Below, piece by piece: positions 20,804 to 31,012 of a stretch of 64,000 nt of DNA. The stretch is from Nitrospirota bacterium (GTDB lineage Bacteria; Nitrospirota; Thermodesulfovibrionia; Thermodesulfovibrionales; JdFR-86), in contig CAVRJY010000002.1 of the NCBI GenBank assembly GCA_963721805.1, positions 192,001 through 256,000 of the forward strand, given 5' to 3'. Each line of letters starts with the position of its first letter. The stretch's first letter is position 1. The notes under the pieces are model-generated. The model ran no database searches, was not told the DNA's origin, and saw only the letters and a list, made by a program, of their open reading frames with translations. A program made the translations under genes and the position numbers.

Positions 20804-21022
20804 CTACCTGGATTCCCTGTATACCTCTATCGCGATCTCCGGGCAGACCTCGGCGCACAGCGCGCAGCCGCTGCACTTCTCCGGCGAGACGGACGTCAGG
20901 AAATAAAACCCGGCCTTGTTAAATACGCCGCCGAGGGCGAGCACCCCCGAAGGGCAGGCCTTGATGCAGTGTCCGCAGCCCTTGCACAGCTCCCAGTTTA
21001 TCAATACTGTCCCTTTATTCAT
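20804..21022 (-). CDS. 2x[4Fe-4S] ferredoxin (2-oxoacid:ferredoxin oxidoreductase delta-subunit-like)
   Basis: CKGCGHCIKACP and CSGCALCAEVCP; ATGA overlap with the recN stop. Confidence 0.88.
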   Translation of the reverse strand: MNKGTVLINWELCKGCGHCIKACPSGVLALGGVFNKAGFYFLTSVSPEKCSGCALCAEVCPEIAIEVYRESR

Positions 21023-22653
21023 TTGATTATCTCCCTTGCGTGCGACAGCGATGCCGAGGTGACCGCGCCGCCGAGCATGCGAGCTATCTCCTCCTCGCGT
21101 GCGCGGCCCCGCAGCTCGCTCACCGTGACCGAGACCGAGCCGCCCGCCGGGGTCTTCTCGATCCTGTAATGCGCGTCCGCGACCGAGGCTATCTGTGCGA
21201 GGTGCGTGATGCATATCACCTGGTGCGTCGAGGCGAGTTCCCTCAGGCGTTCGGCCACGCTGACCGCCGTAGCTCCGCCGATGCCGGCGTCCACCTCGTC
21301 GAAGACGAGCACCGGGACCTCCGATGCGGCCCTGAGCACGCATTTCAGCGCCAGCATGATGCGCGAGAGCTCTCCGCCCGAGGCCACGCGCGCAAGCGGT
21401 TTTAGCGGCTCGCCCTGGTTGGCCGAGAAATACAGCTCGACCGCGTCCATCCCGCGCGGCGTGGGTGCGGCCTCGCCGATGCGCACCGCGAACCTCGCGC
21501 GCTCCAGCGCAAGCCCCGCCAGTATCGGCTGGATGGCCGTTTCGATCTTCGCGGCGGCCGCCTTCCTGCCCTCCGTGAGTTTGGCGGCGGCAGTCTTTAC
21601 CGCTGTCTCAGCGCGGGCGAGTTCCCCCTCGAGCGCGGCCGCGCTCTCCGAGGCGTGCTCGAGCATCTGTAGCTCCGAGTTTGCCTCCTCCATGTATTTA
21701 AGGACGTCCTCGATCGAGTCTCCGTATTTTTTCTTCAGGCCGCGTATCGCGTCGCGCCGGGCCTCGACCGTCTCGAGCCTTGAGGGGTCAGGCTGGTAGC
21801 GCTCCTTAAGCGAGCGAAGCTCCTGTGCGGCGTCCTCGATCAGGGGCAGCGCCTCCTCGATGGCCTTTCTGATATTCTCGGCAGACGTATCCAGGGCGGC
21901 GATCTCACGGAGCAAAACGGCCGCTGCCGCTACGCGCTCTATGGCCGAGCCGTCAGAGGAGTACAGCCCCTCGTATGCGGCCTCGGCCCGCTCCCTGAGC
22001 TTCTCCGTGTTCGCGAGGATCGCGCGCTCCTCGTCGAGCTCGCGGTCCTCGCCGGGGATGGGCGAGACCGCCGAGATCTCGTCTGCCTGAAACTTGAGCA
22101 GGTCGACCCTCCGCTCCCGCTCGCGCACGTCCTCCCTTAGCGCATCGATCCGCTTCCTGATCGCCTGCACCTCGGCGTATGCCGCGCTGAACGCGTTGCG
22201 CTCGGCATCCAGGCCGCCATATGTGTCGATAATCTGAAGCTGCGTCTCTGGCTCCAGGAGGCTCTGGTGCTCGTGCTGGCTGTGGAAGTCCACGAGGGTC
22301 GAGCCCAGCGCCGAGAGCGACTGCACAGTGACGAGCGAGCCGTTTACGTACGCGCGCGACTTGCCGCCCGCGCTCAATATCCGGCGTATGATGATCCCCT
22401 CGCTGCTATCGATGCCCATGTCCTTGAGCATGGGGTGTCCGGCGATCTCGAACGAGGCCTCCACGGCCGCCTCGTCCCGGCCGGACTTGATCATCTCTGA
22501 GCTGGCCCTCTCGCCAAGCGCGAGGCCGAGCGAGCCGGCGATGATAGACTTCCCGGCCCCGGTCTCTCCGGTAAGCGCGGTGAGGCCCGGCCCGAAGCGA
22601 AGCGCGAGGGCGTCGATTATCGCGAAGTTCCTGACGCGCAGTTCCCTGAGCAT
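21019..22653 (-). CDS. recN: DNA repair protein RecN
   Basis: TGETGAGKS, ASGGELSRIML, FDEVDAGIGG and ITHLAQ motifs. Confidence 0.96.
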   Translation of the reverse strand: MLRELRVRNFAIIDALALRFGPGLTALTGETGAGKSIIAGSLGLALGERASSEMIKSGRDEAAVEASFEIAGHPMLKDMGIDSSEGIIIRRILSAGGKSRAYVNGSLVTVQSLSALGSTLVDFHSQHEHQSLLEPETQLQIIDTYGGLDAERNAFSAAYAEVQAIRKRIDALREDVRERERRVDLLKFQADEISAVSPIPGEDRELDEERAILANTEKLRERAEAAYEGLYSSDGSAIERVAAAAVLLREIAALDTSAENIRKAIEEALPLIEDAAQELRSLKERYQPDPSRLETVEARRDAIRGLKKKYGDSIEDVLKYMEEANSELQMLEHASESAAALEGELARAETAVKTAAAKLTEGRKAAAAKIETAIQPILAGLALERARFAVRIGEAAPTPRGMDAVELYFSANQGEPLKPLARVASGGELSRIMLALKCVLRAASEVPVLVFDEVDAGIGGATAVSVAERLRELASTHQVICITHLAQIASVADAHYRIEKTPAGGSVSVTVSELRGRAREEEIARMLGGAVTSASLSHAREIIK

Positions 22654-22656
22654 GCG

Positions 22657-23139
22657 CTATCGCCGGTTAAAGAGCGGGTAGAGTTTGTCGTACGTGGCGA
22701 GCAGGTGCTCGGGGATAACGCGGACCTCGTCCTGCACCGCCATGAAGCTCGAATCCCCGACCCAGCGCGGCACGACGTGCATGTGCAGGTGCTCGCGTAT
22801 CCCCGCCCCCGCGGCCTGCCCGATATTGATCCCGACGTTGAAGCCCTCGGGCCTCAGGGCCTCCTTCAGGATGTCCACCGAGAGCGTCGTCAGCGTCATC
22901 ATCTCGGTCAGGACCTCGACCGGCAGCCCCTCGAAGCTCGATGTGTGGAAGTACGGGACCACCATCAGGTGCCCGCCCGTGTATGGGAAGCGGTTCATGA
23001 TGACGAAGCAGCGCTCGGCGCGGTACAGGATCACGTTGTCGCGGTCCTTATCCTCCTTGGGCAGGTCGCAGAATATGCAGCCGGGGCCCTTCTTGCCGAG
23101 GATGTACTCGATGCGCCACGGGGCCCAGATCGTCTTCAC
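22657..23139 (-). CDS. HIT family hydrolase (Ap4A phosphorylase-like)
   Basis: WAPWR, CIFC, NRFPYTGGH and HLHMHVVPRW motifs; GTG start overlapping the udg stop. Confidence 0.9.
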   Translation of the reverse strand: MKTIWAPWRIEYILGKKGPGCIFCDLPKEDKDRDNVILYRAERCFVIMNRFPYTGGHLMVVPYFHTSSFEGLPVEVLTEMMTLTTLSVDILKEALRPEGFNVGINIGQAAGAGIREHLHMHVVPRWVGDSSFMAVQDEVRVIPEHLLATYDKLYPLFNRR

Positions 23140-23900
23140 TTCGGCGACCTCCCCATCAGGCTCAGGACCTTCAGGGCGTCCTCCCAGACCCGCGCTTTTT
23201 CCTTGGGGTTTCTTAGCAGGTACGCCGGGTGGAACGTCGGCATAAGCGGTATGCCCTCGAAGTGCTGGAGCGTGCCGCGGAGCCTGCTGATCGGCGTGTT
23301 CGTATTTAGCAGCGCATGTGAGGCCACGCCCCCCAGGGCCATGATCACGGCAGGGGAGATGATGCGCGCCTGCTCGGTGATGAACTGGATGCACGAGGCG
23401 ACCTCGTCGCCCTCCGGCGCGCGGTTTCCGGGCGGGCGGCACTTCACTATGTTGCCGATGTATACCTCTTCGCGCTTAAAACCCATCTTGTCTATCAGCT
23501 TTGAAAGGAGCTGCCCGGCCTCACCGACAAAAGGCCGTCCCTGCTCGTCCTCGTCGCGACCCGGGCCCTCGCCGATGAACATCAGGCGCGCGTTCGGGTC
23601 GCCCTCGCCAAATACGATATTCGTGCGCCCGGCCGCCAGCCGGCAGCGGTGGCAGTCCCCGAGCTTATGGCTGAGTTCCTCAAGCGCGATGGCCTTGGCC
23701 TTAGGGACGTGCCTGCGGTCGGTTTTCATGACGAGCGTCGAGGCCGGGGCCGCGCCCTGAGCCGCAGCGGCTGGCGCGGCTGGCGCCATCGAGGCCATGA
23801 GCCTCAGTCCGTCCATGTCAACGGGCATGCGCTCGATGCCGAGGGCGTCGTAGAACTCAAGCAGCCTTTTAGCCGCGGCCCGGGGCTGAGTGTGTGGCAT
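23136..23900 (-). CDS. Uracil-DNA glycosylase, family 4
   Basis: CHRCRL, GEGPG, PFVG, KCRPPGNR and FHPAYLLR motifs. Confidence 0.93.
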   Translation of the reverse strand: MPHTQPRAAAKRLLEFYDALGIERMPVDMDGLRLMASMAPAAPAAAAQGAAPASTLVMKTDRRHVPKAKAIALEELSHKLGDCHRCRLAAGRTNIVFGEGDPNARLMFIGEGPGRDEDEQGRPFVGEAGQLLSKLIDKMGFKREEVYIGNIVKCRPPGNRAPEGDEVASCIQFITEQARIISPAVIMALGGVASHALLNTNTPISRLRGTLQHFEGIPLMPTFHPAYLLRNPKEKARVWEDALKVLSLMGRSPK

Positions 23901-24751
23901 TACCTGCCCCCCCAGCGCAGCTTCTCTCTGAGCACGTGGAAGTAGTCCCTGCCGGTCGGCATGAGGAGCCTGGTGACGTGCAGGGACTTGCGCACCGTGA
24001 CCGTGTCGTTTTTCATAAGCGGGAGCCCGCGCTGGCCGTCGAGCGTGAGCACGACGTCATCGGAGGCCGCGCTTAAGGTGATCGCGACCTCCGCGTCCTC
24101 CGAAAGCACGATAGGCCTGTTCGTGAGCGTGTGCGGGCATATCGGGGTGAGCACTGTGGCGCGGGTTGCGGGGTACAGGATCGGCCCCCCGGCCGAGAGC
24201 GTATACCCGGTCGATCCGGTCGGGGTCGCGACGATCAGGCCGTCGGCCTTGTACACGGTGACGAAGCTCCCGTCCACCGCGCACCGCAGGTCGATCATGC
24301 GCGCCAGAGCGCCCTTGTTTATCACCACGTCGTTAAGCACGGTGGAGGAATCGATCACGCTGCCGTCTCTGGTGAGCGCCGCATCGAGCATCATGCGCTC
24401 CTCGAGCGTGCATTCGCCGGAGAGGACGCGGCCCATGCAATCGCGCAGCTCGTCGCGGCCAAACTCGGTGATGAACCCCAGCCCGCCGAGGTTGACGCCC
24501 AGCAGCGGCGTGCCGCGCAGCGCGGCGATCCTCGCCCCGCGCAGCATCGTCCCGTCTCCCCCAAGGACGACTATCACGTCCGCGCCTGTGGCGATATCCT
24601 CATCCGGCACGCCGGTGCGCCCGGCCAGAGGTGCGGCCTCGAGCTCGATCAGTACGCGGGCCCCGCGGCCCTCGACCCACGGGAGGAACCCCCCGAGGAT
24701 CCCGGCGAGTTCCGGGTGTCCGCGCTTGCATATGATCCCGACGGTCTTCAT
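23900..24751 (-). CDS. nadK: NAD kinase
   Basis: LGGDGT, LND and DGLIVATPTGSTGY motifs. Confidence 0.95.
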   Translation of the reverse strand: MKTVGIICKRGHPELAGILGGFLPWVEGRGARVLIELEAAPLAGRTGVPDEDIATGADVIVVLGGDGTMLRGARIAALRGTPLLGVNLGGLGFITEFGRDELRDCMGRVLSGECTLEERMMLDAALTRDGSVIDSSTVLNDVVINKGALARMIDLRCAVDGSFVTVYKADGLIVATPTGSTGYTLSAGGPILYPATRATVLTPICPHTLTNRPIVLSEDAEVAITLSAASDDVVLTLDGQRGLPLMKNDTVTVRKSLHVTRLLMPTGRDYFHVLREKLRWGGR

Positions 24752-24841
24752 GTTAAGGCTATTATAATCAATTTTCCCGGTGGCCGGTTGGTGGCTGACA
24801 GGCCCCGCCCTTTATGGGGGCGCCTGTTCACTTTGCCACGG

Positions 24842-25909
24842 TCATTCGACGGCTTCCGGCAACTGTATTGCGACCACCGCGCCGTCGCGGTTGCTGAACT
24901 TCACGATGCCGCCAAGCTCCGCGACCAGCCCGAGTATCACCGTCATGCCCAGCGTGCCCGCGCCCTCGGGGTCGAACCCGTCCGGGAACCCCCCGCCGTT
25001 GTCGCTGATGTCGAGCCTGATCGAGTCTTTCTCCTGCGGCCTGCGGAGCCTTACGCCGATCCTGAGCGGGCCGCCGCCGGCGACGATGGCGTACTTTATC
25101 GAATTGGTGAGTACCTCGTTGACGAGCAGGCCGAGCTTGATCGTCCTGTCCACCGGCAGCACGACGCTGTCGCACTCGGTCGTGATCCTGATCGGCCTGG
25201 CGGACTGGAACGTCCTGACTATGTCAGTCGCGAGGTCGGTGATATACCCGTCGACGTTGACCTCGCTGATGCTGGCCGAACGGTACAGCCGCTCGTGGAT
25301 CATGAGCATGGACTTCATCCTGCCCTGAATCTCCAGCAGGTCGGCCTTCGTCTCCGGGCTCGAGGAAGCGGACGATTGCAGGTTGATGAGGCTGTGCAGG
25401 ATCGCGAGGTTGTTCTTCACGCGGTGGTAGACCTCGCGCACGAGCAGGTCCTTCTGCTTGAGGGCCTCCTCGAGCCGCCCGATCAGGGCCTCGCGCTCGA
25501 CGGTCCGCCTCTGGAGCTCCCGCTCCAGCGCGACCGCGCTTGAGCACCGCGCGATTGCCGAGCGCAACTTCTCGACGTCTATCGGCTTAATGATGTACTG
25601 GTCTATCCCGATCTCTATGGCGTCGAGCATGAACCCCGTGTCGTCGTACGCGGTCGTCACGATGGCTTTGACTTCGGCGTCCACGGCCCTGATGGCCCTC
25701 ATCATCGCGATCCCGTTTAAGACCGGCATGTTGAGGTCCGTGACCACGATGTCGGGCCTGTGCATCTTCCAGGCCTCCAGACCCTCGGCCCCGTTGCCGG
25801 CCACGTGGACCTCCCGCACCATCCTCTTGAGTATCTCCGAGACGTCCTCGCGCGAGATGCCCTCATCCTCGACATATAAAACTGAAACGTCCATTTTCGG
25901 ATCGTGCAC
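24842..25909 (-). CDS. Receiver domain fused to HisKA_2/HWE-type histidine kinase
   Basis: VLYVEDE, TDLNMP, KP; REVYHRVKNNL (H-box residue pattern), NEVLTNSIKYA and DNGGG motifs. Confidence 0.88.
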   Translation of the reverse strand: MHDPKMDVSVLYVEDEGISREDVSEILKRMVREVHVAGNGAEGLEAWKMHRPDIVVTDLNMPVLNGIAMMRAIRAVDAEVKAIVTTAYDDTGFMLDAIEIGIDQYIIKPIDVEKLRSAIARCSSAVALERELQRRTVEREALIGRLEEALKQKDLLVREVYHRVKNNLAILHSLINLQSSASSSPETKADLLEIQGRMKSMLMIHERLYRSASISEVNVDGYITDLATDIVRTFQSARPIRITTECDSVVLPVDRTIKLGLLVNEVLTNSIKYAIVAGGGPLRIGVRLRRPQEKDSIRLDISDNGGGFPDGFDPEGAGTLGMTVILGLVAELGGIVKFSNRDGAVVAIQLPEAVE

Positions 25910-26006
25910 CCGGCACCTCTATCGCTAATTGACTGAGCTTGAGCCTCCAGACATCGCTGGCAGCCGCCTGAGCAATGGCTTCAAATTTTAATTACCACCT
26001 TACCTC

Positions 26007-26035
26007 ATGGTACAGTGGATATATGCTACTGTCAA
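26007..26035 (-). promoter_or_regulatory. Sigma70 promoter of the REC-kinase gene
   Basis: Minus strand TTGACA - 17 nt - TACCAT. Confidence 0.65.
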
Positions 26036-26131
26036 GGAGTATATATGCCTATTTAACTGTTGCGGTAGATATACGGATAAGTTAAACTCAAGCCAGCTTT
26101 TTATGCCTATATCCCGGCGTCAGGAGGGGCG

Positions 26132-27118
26132 ATGTCCAAGCCTAAGCTCGCGATGTACTGGGCCGCCTCGTGCGGCGGCTGCGAGATAGCGCTCGTAAAC
26201 ATCAACGAGAAGTTGCTCGAGGCCGACGCGGCGCTGGATTTCATGTTCTGCCCCTGCCTGCTGGACACCAAGAAAAAAGACATCGAGGCGCTGCCGGACG
26301 GCGATATAGCGATCACGTTTTTTAACGGCGCGATACGCACCGGGGAGAACGCCGGGATGGCCCGCCTGCTGCGCCGCAAATCAAAGACGCTGGTCGCCTT
26401 CGGATCATGCGCTACCGAGGGCTGCATACCCGGGCTCGCAAATTTCTCGACGCGCAGCGAACAGCTCAGGGCGATTTACCAGGGCGGCCCCTCGCTCGAC
26501 AACCCCAAGGGGACCATCCCTTCCGAGAGCACCGATGTGGCCGAGGGCACGCTTACCATCCCGGCATACCTCGACCGCGTCTCGACGCTCGCGCAGACGG
26601 TCGATGTCGACTACTTCCTCCCCGGCTGCCCGCCCGAGCCGCACCAGATATGGGCCGTGGTAGAGCATGTGATATCCGGCAGGCCGCTGCCGGTCAAGGG
26701 CAGCGTGCTGGGCGCGGGCAGATCTTCCGTATGCGAGGGCTGCGCCCGCACCAAGGCCGACAAGAAGGTCAAGAGGTTCTATCGCAACTACGAAATAATC
26801 CCCGACCTCGAGCGCTGCCTGCTCGAGCAGGGGATCGTATGCATGGGCATCGCCACGCGCGACGGCTGCGGCGCGCTATGCCCCAACGTCAATATGCCGT
26901 GCATCGGCTGCTACGGCCCCCCGGAGGGCTGCGAGGACCAGGGCGCCCGGATGATCGGAGCGCTTGGGGCGATGGTCGATATCGGGGATACGAAGAGTGT
27001 CTCGGAGGACGAGATATCGCGGCGCATCTCGGCCGCGTTCGAGAGCGTGCCGGACTGGGCCGGGATGCTCTACAAGTTCAGCCTGCCGGGCTCGACGCTC
27101 GGCGGGAGGCGCGTATGA
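26132..27118 (+). CDS. mvhG: Group 3c [NiFe]-hydrogenase small subunit (F420-non-reducing)
   Basis: ASCGGC, FGSCA, PGCPP, CEGC, CLLEQGIVCMG and CGALCP..PCIGCYG motifs. Confidence 0.9.
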   Translation: MSKPKLAMYWAASCGGCEIALVNINEKLLEADAALDFMFCPCLLDTKKKDIEALPDGDIAITFFNGAIRTGENAGMARLLRRKSKTLVAFGSCATEGCIPGLANFSTRSEQLRAIYQGGPSLDNPKGTIPSESTDVAEGTLTIPAYLDRVSTLAQTVDVDYFLPGCPPEPHQIWAVVEHVISGRPLPVKGSVLGAGRSSVCEGCARTKADKKVKRFYRNYEIIPDLERCLLEQGIVCMGIATRDGCGALCPNVNMPCIGCYGPPEGCEDQGARMIGALGAMVDIGDTKSVSEDEISRRISAAFESVPDWAGMLYKFSLPGSTLGGRRV

Positions 27119-28596
27119 AGCGCATCTCGATAGACCCGATCACGCGGCTTGAGGGCCACGGCAAGATCGAGATCTTCCTCGACGAGCAGGGCGACGTGGC
27201 GAATACGTACTTCCAGATACCCGAGCTTCGCGGGTTCGAGCGTTTCTGCGTCGGGCGCATGGCTGAGGAGATGCCGGTCATCACGAACCGCATCTGCGGC
27301 GTATGCCCCGAGGCCCACCACATGGCCGCGTCCAAGGCATTAGACGAGCTGTTCGGCGCCGAGCCGCCTTCGGCCGCGAAGAAGCTCCGCGAGCTTCTCT
27401 ATATGGCATTCTTCGTAACCGACCACACGACGCACTTCTATGCCCTCGGAGGGCCGGACTTCATAGTTGGCCCCGACGCGCCGCCATCGGAGCGCAACAT
27501 CCTGGGCGTGATTCGCAAGGTCGGGCTGGGTATTGGCAGGATGGTCATCGAGTGCCGGGCGCGCAACCACGACGTGATCAAGGCGATCGGGGGCCGCGGC
27601 GTGCACCCGACCGGCGGCCTGCCCGGCGGCTGGAGCAGGCCGATCAACGAAGACGAGCGAGCGACCATCGAGGCGGCGGCCCATAAGAACATCGAGTTTG
27701 CGCAGTTCACGCTTAAGGCATTCGATACGCTCGTGCTCAAAAACCCGTCCTACCTCGACCTCGTGCTGTCGGACGTATACCTGCACCGCACCTATTCCAT
27801 GGGCCTCGTGGACGCCGATAACCGCGTGAACTTCTATGACGGGATGGTGCGCGTCGTCGACCCCGATGGGCGGGAGGCGTTTAAGTACCACCCGCGCGAT
27901 TATGCCGAGTACATAGCCGAGCGCGTCGAGCCCTGGAGCTACCTGAAGTTCCCGTATCTCAAGAAAATAGGCTGGAAGGGCCTTACGGACGGCCCCGATA
28001 GCGGCATATATACCGCCACTCCATTGTCGAGGTTAAACGTCTCGGACTCGATGGCCACGCCTCTGGCGCAGGCCGAGTTCGAGCGGATGTACGAGACCCT
28101 CGGCAGCAAGAGGGTAAACGACCGGTATCAGCCGGTGCACCACAGGCTGGTCACGCACTGGGCGAGGCTCGTGGAGCTGCTGTACGCCTCCGAGCGCATG
28201 CTGGAGCTCGCGACAGACCCCGAGATCACCTCACCTGATGTGCGCACGATACCGACCGGTAAGATCGTTGGCAAGGGGATCGGGTGCGTGGAGGCCCCGC
28301 GCGGCACTCTCACGCATCACTATGAGTCCGACGGCCGGGGCGTGCTTACGCGCGTCAACCTGATCGTCGGGACGACCAATAACTACGCGCCGATCAGCAT
28401 GTCTATCAAGCGCGCGGCCGAAAAGCTGATACAAAAAGGCAAGGTCGATGACGCGCTGCTTAACCAGGTCGAGATGGCCTTCAGGCTCTACGACCCGTGC
28501 CTCTCGTGCGCGACGCATTCGCTGCCCGGCGCGATGCCGCTTGAGATCACGATCCGCGACCACGATGGCAACCCGATAAGGAGCATAAGGCGATGA
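27115..28596 (+). CDS. mvhA: Group 3c [NiFe]-hydrogenase large subunit
   Basis: TRLEGHG, L1 RICGVCPEAH, EAPRG, L2 DPCLSCATH plus C-terminal extension. Confidence 0.93.
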   Translation: MKRISIDPITRLEGHGKIEIFLDEQGDVANTYFQIPELRGFERFCVGRMAEEMPVITNRICGVCPEAHHMAASKALDELFGAEPPSAAKKLRELLYMAFFVTDHTTHFYALGGPDFIVGPDAPPSERNILGVIRKVGLGIGRMVIECRARNHDVIKAIGGRGVHPTGGLPGGWSRPINEDERATIEAAAHKNIEFAQFTLKAFDTLVLKNPSYLDLVLSDVYLHRTYSMGLVDADNRVNFYDGMVRVVDPDGREAFKYHPRDYAEYIAERVEPWSYLKFPYLKKIGWKGLTDGPDSGIYTATPLSRLNVSDSMATPLAQAEFERMYETLGSKRVNDRYQPVHHRLVTHWARLVELLYASERMLELATDPEITSPDVRTIPTGKIVGKGIGCVEAPRGTLTHHYESDGRGVLTRVNLIVGTTNNYAPISMSIKRAAEKLIQKGKVDDALLNQVEMAFRLYDPCLSCATHSLPGAMPLEITIRDHDGNPIRSIRR

Positions 28597-29060
28597 GCGC
28601 CCGCACCGTGGTCATAGGGCTTGGCAACGTGATACTTTCTGACGACGGCGTCGGCATCCACGCCGCACGCCTGATACGAGAGCGCGCACCTGAGGGCGTG
28701 GACGTGGCGGAGGTGCATGCCGGAGGGCTCAGGCTCCTCGACGCGATGCTCGGATACGACCGCGCGTTGATCATAGACGCGATGCAGGGCGGCCTTGCGC
28801 CCGGCACGGTCCGCCGCTTCTCTGCCTCGGACGTTGCCGCCACGCGCAACATGACGAGCACGCATGACACGAGCCTCGGCGTGGCCTTACGGATGGCCTC
28901 GATGCTCGGGTTGAACGTCCCCGCGGACATAACCATATGGGGCATCGAGGCCCGCGATGCCGAGACATTCAGCGAGGAGCTTACGGCAGAGGTGCGCTCG
29001 GCGATGGATACGGTGGTTGGCGAGGTCATGGGCGCTATATGCGCGGGGGCTGCGATATGA
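28593..29060 (+). CDS. Hydrogenase maturation protease
   Basis: GLGNVILSDDGVG, IIDA and STHD motifs. Confidence 0.92.
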   Translation: MSARTVVIGLGNVILSDDGVGIHAARLIRERAPEGVDVAEVHAGGLRLLDAMLGYDRALIIDAMQGGLAPGTVRRFSASDVAATRNMTSTHDTSLGVALRMASMLGLNVPADITIWGIEARDAETFSEELTAEVRSAMDTVVGEVMGAICAGAAI

Positions 29061-31012
29061 AAAAGGCGGTCTACCTCTGCAGGTGCGGCACGAACATTGC
29101 CGGGAAGATCGACGCCGATCAGGTCGCGGCAGGGATCGGCACTGACGCGGCGTATGTAAAGACAGTCGATTTCCTCTGCTCCGAAGACGGCAGGGAGTTT
29201 CTTGAGGCCGACCTCCGCGCCGAGGCACCGGAGCGTGTCGTGATCGCCGCATGCTCCCCCCGCGACCACGAAAAGACCTTCATGCGCGTCCTGAAGGCGG
29301 CCGGGATCAACCCATACCTCATGCAGATGGTGAACGTCCGCGAGCAGGTCGCGTGGGTCACCGAAGACCCCGCCGAAGCGACCGCGAAGGCCGTAAGGTG
29401 CATCCGCGCGGCGCTTAAGCGCGTAGAGTTGCAGGAGCCGCTCGAAGAGGGCTACATAGGCATGAACACCGCCGCGCTGATCGTGGGCGCCGGGCCGGCC
29501 GGGCTGCGCGCCGCGCTTGCGCTGGCCGAGGCCGGCCGCAAGGTCACGCTCGTCGAGAAGTCCCCGTTCATGGGCGGGATGCCGGTGCTCTTTGAGGAGG
29601 TGGCCCCGAACATGGAGTGCGGCCCCTGCATGCTAGAGCCCCTGATGGACGAGGTCCTGCACGGTGAGCACGCCGCGAACATAGAGCTCCTGACCCTCAG
29701 CGAGGTTAGCGGCGCAGTTGGTTTTTATGGCAACTTCACGGTCAAGATCCATCAAGCCGCGCGCCGCATAGACATGCAAAAATGCATCGGCTGCGCCGAG
29801 TGCGCGGCCGCATGCCCCGCATCCGCCCCGAACCCGTATAACTGCAACCTTAACGACCGCAAGGCGATAGACTTCCCATTCCCCGGCGCGCTGCCTAACG
29901 CGCCCGCCATCGACTGGCCGCTCTGCCTGCGCTCGCGGGGCGGGGACTGCAAGCTCTGTATCGAGGCATGCCCTGTCGAGGGCGCTATAGACTTCGGGGA
30001 CGAGGGCGCTGAGATCGAGCGCAAGGCCGGAGCGGTGCTGCTTGCGGTCGGCGCGTCGCTGTTTGACTGCGCGAGCATACCCGGCCTGGGATACGGCTCG
30101 GTGCCGGGCGTGATCACGAGCCTTGAGTTCGAGCGTATGATGGCCTCAAACGGCTCGAGCTCCGGAGCGCTCACGATGCCCTCGGGCGAGCCTCCGAAGT
30201 CCATCGCGATCATCCACTGCGTCGGGAGCCTCGATGAGAAGCGCCGCCGCTACTGTTCCGGCATATGCTGCGAGACCGCGTTTAAGTTTAACCATATGAT
30301 CGCGGCCAGGCTGCCCGGCGCGAAGGTCTATCACCTCTATAAGGAGCTTTCGATAGCGGGCAAGGAGGGGTTCTCGCTCTACCAAGACGCGCTGCATAGC
30401 CCCGATGCGAGCTTCATCCGCTATGGAGGCATCGAGGACATAGCGGTCGTTCCCCGGGGGCCGGGCCAGAGGCTCGCGTACATCAACGCCTCGCAATCTC
30501 ACGGTTCGCTCGATACCGATATGATAATCCTCTGCCCGGCGGTCGTGCCGTCCGAGGGCTCGCGCAGGCTGGGCGAGCTGTTCGATCTTTCGCCCGACCG
30601 CGAGGGGTTCTACGAGGAACTCCACGGCAGGCTCGATTCATCCAAAAGCAAGATCAAGGGCGTGTTCATCGCAGGGGCATGCCAGTCGCCGATGGACATC
30701 GCAGGGGCGATGAACCAGGGCATGGCGGCGGCAGGGTACATGCTCTCGGGGCTCGTCGAGGGACGAAAGCTGGAGGTCCAGCCAGCCACCGCCTCGGTGG
30801 ATGCCGAACGCTGCTCGGGATGCAGGGTATGCGTCCCGGTATGCCCATACAAGGCGATATCGTTCGACGAGCAGGAGAAGCGCGCCGAGGTAAACGCGGT
30901 GCTCTGCCAGGGCTGCGGCACCTGTGTCGCGGCCTGTCCGATAGGCGCGATCAAGGCCAGCCACTTCACCGCCGCCGAGATAATGGCCGAGATAAAGGGG
31001 GCGCTCGGATGA
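29057..31012 (+). CDS. hdrA: Heterodisulfide reductase subunit A (flavin-based electron-bifurcating)
   Basis: CRCGTNI, CSPR, NVREQVAW, GAGPAG, SLEFER, HCVGS..YCSGICC, GACQSP and ferredoxin motifs. Confidence 0.92.
   Translation: MKKAVYLCRCGTNIAGKIDADQVAAGIGTDAAYVKTVDFLCSEDGREFLEADLRAEAPERVVIAACSPRDHEKTFMRVLKAAGINPYLMQMVNVREQVAWVTEDPAEATAKAVRCIRAALKRVELQEPLEEGYIGMNTAALIVGAGPAGLRAALALAEAGRKVTLVEKSPFMGGMPVLFEEVAPNMECGPCMLEPLMDEVLHGEHAANIELLTLSEVSGAVGFYGNFTVKIHQAARRIDMQKCIGCAECAAACPASAPNPYNCNLNDRKAIDFPFPGALPNAPAIDWPLCLRSRGGDCKLCIEACPVEGAIDFGDEGAEIERKAGAVLLAVGASLFDCASIPGLGYGSVPGVITSLEFERMMASNGSSSGALTMPSGEPPKSIAIIHCVGSLDEKRRRYCSGICCETAFKFNHMIAARLPGAKVYHLYKELSIAGKEGFSLYQDALHSPDASFIRYGGIEDIAVVPRGPGQRLAYINASQSHGSLDTDMIILCPAVVPSEGSRRLGELFDLSPDREGFYEELHGRLDSSKSKIKGVFIAGACQSPMDIAGAMNQGMAAAGYMLSGLVEGRKLEVQPATASVDAERCSGCRVCVPVCPYKAISFDEQEKRAEVNAVLCQGCGTCVAACPIGAIKASHFTAAEIMAEIKGALG

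Noticed and set aside
24131..25543. Long antisense and alternate-frame ORFs here and across the window
   Set aside because: Shadow ORFs caused by high GC at third codon positions opposite well-supported genes.
26407..27114. Long 5' extensions in the ORF track (mvhA, hyfC, hdrA, trpB, gmhA, aroK, HIT, methyltransferase)
   Set aside because: They overlap real upstream genes or leaders; true starts are marked by stop/start overlaps or an RBS.
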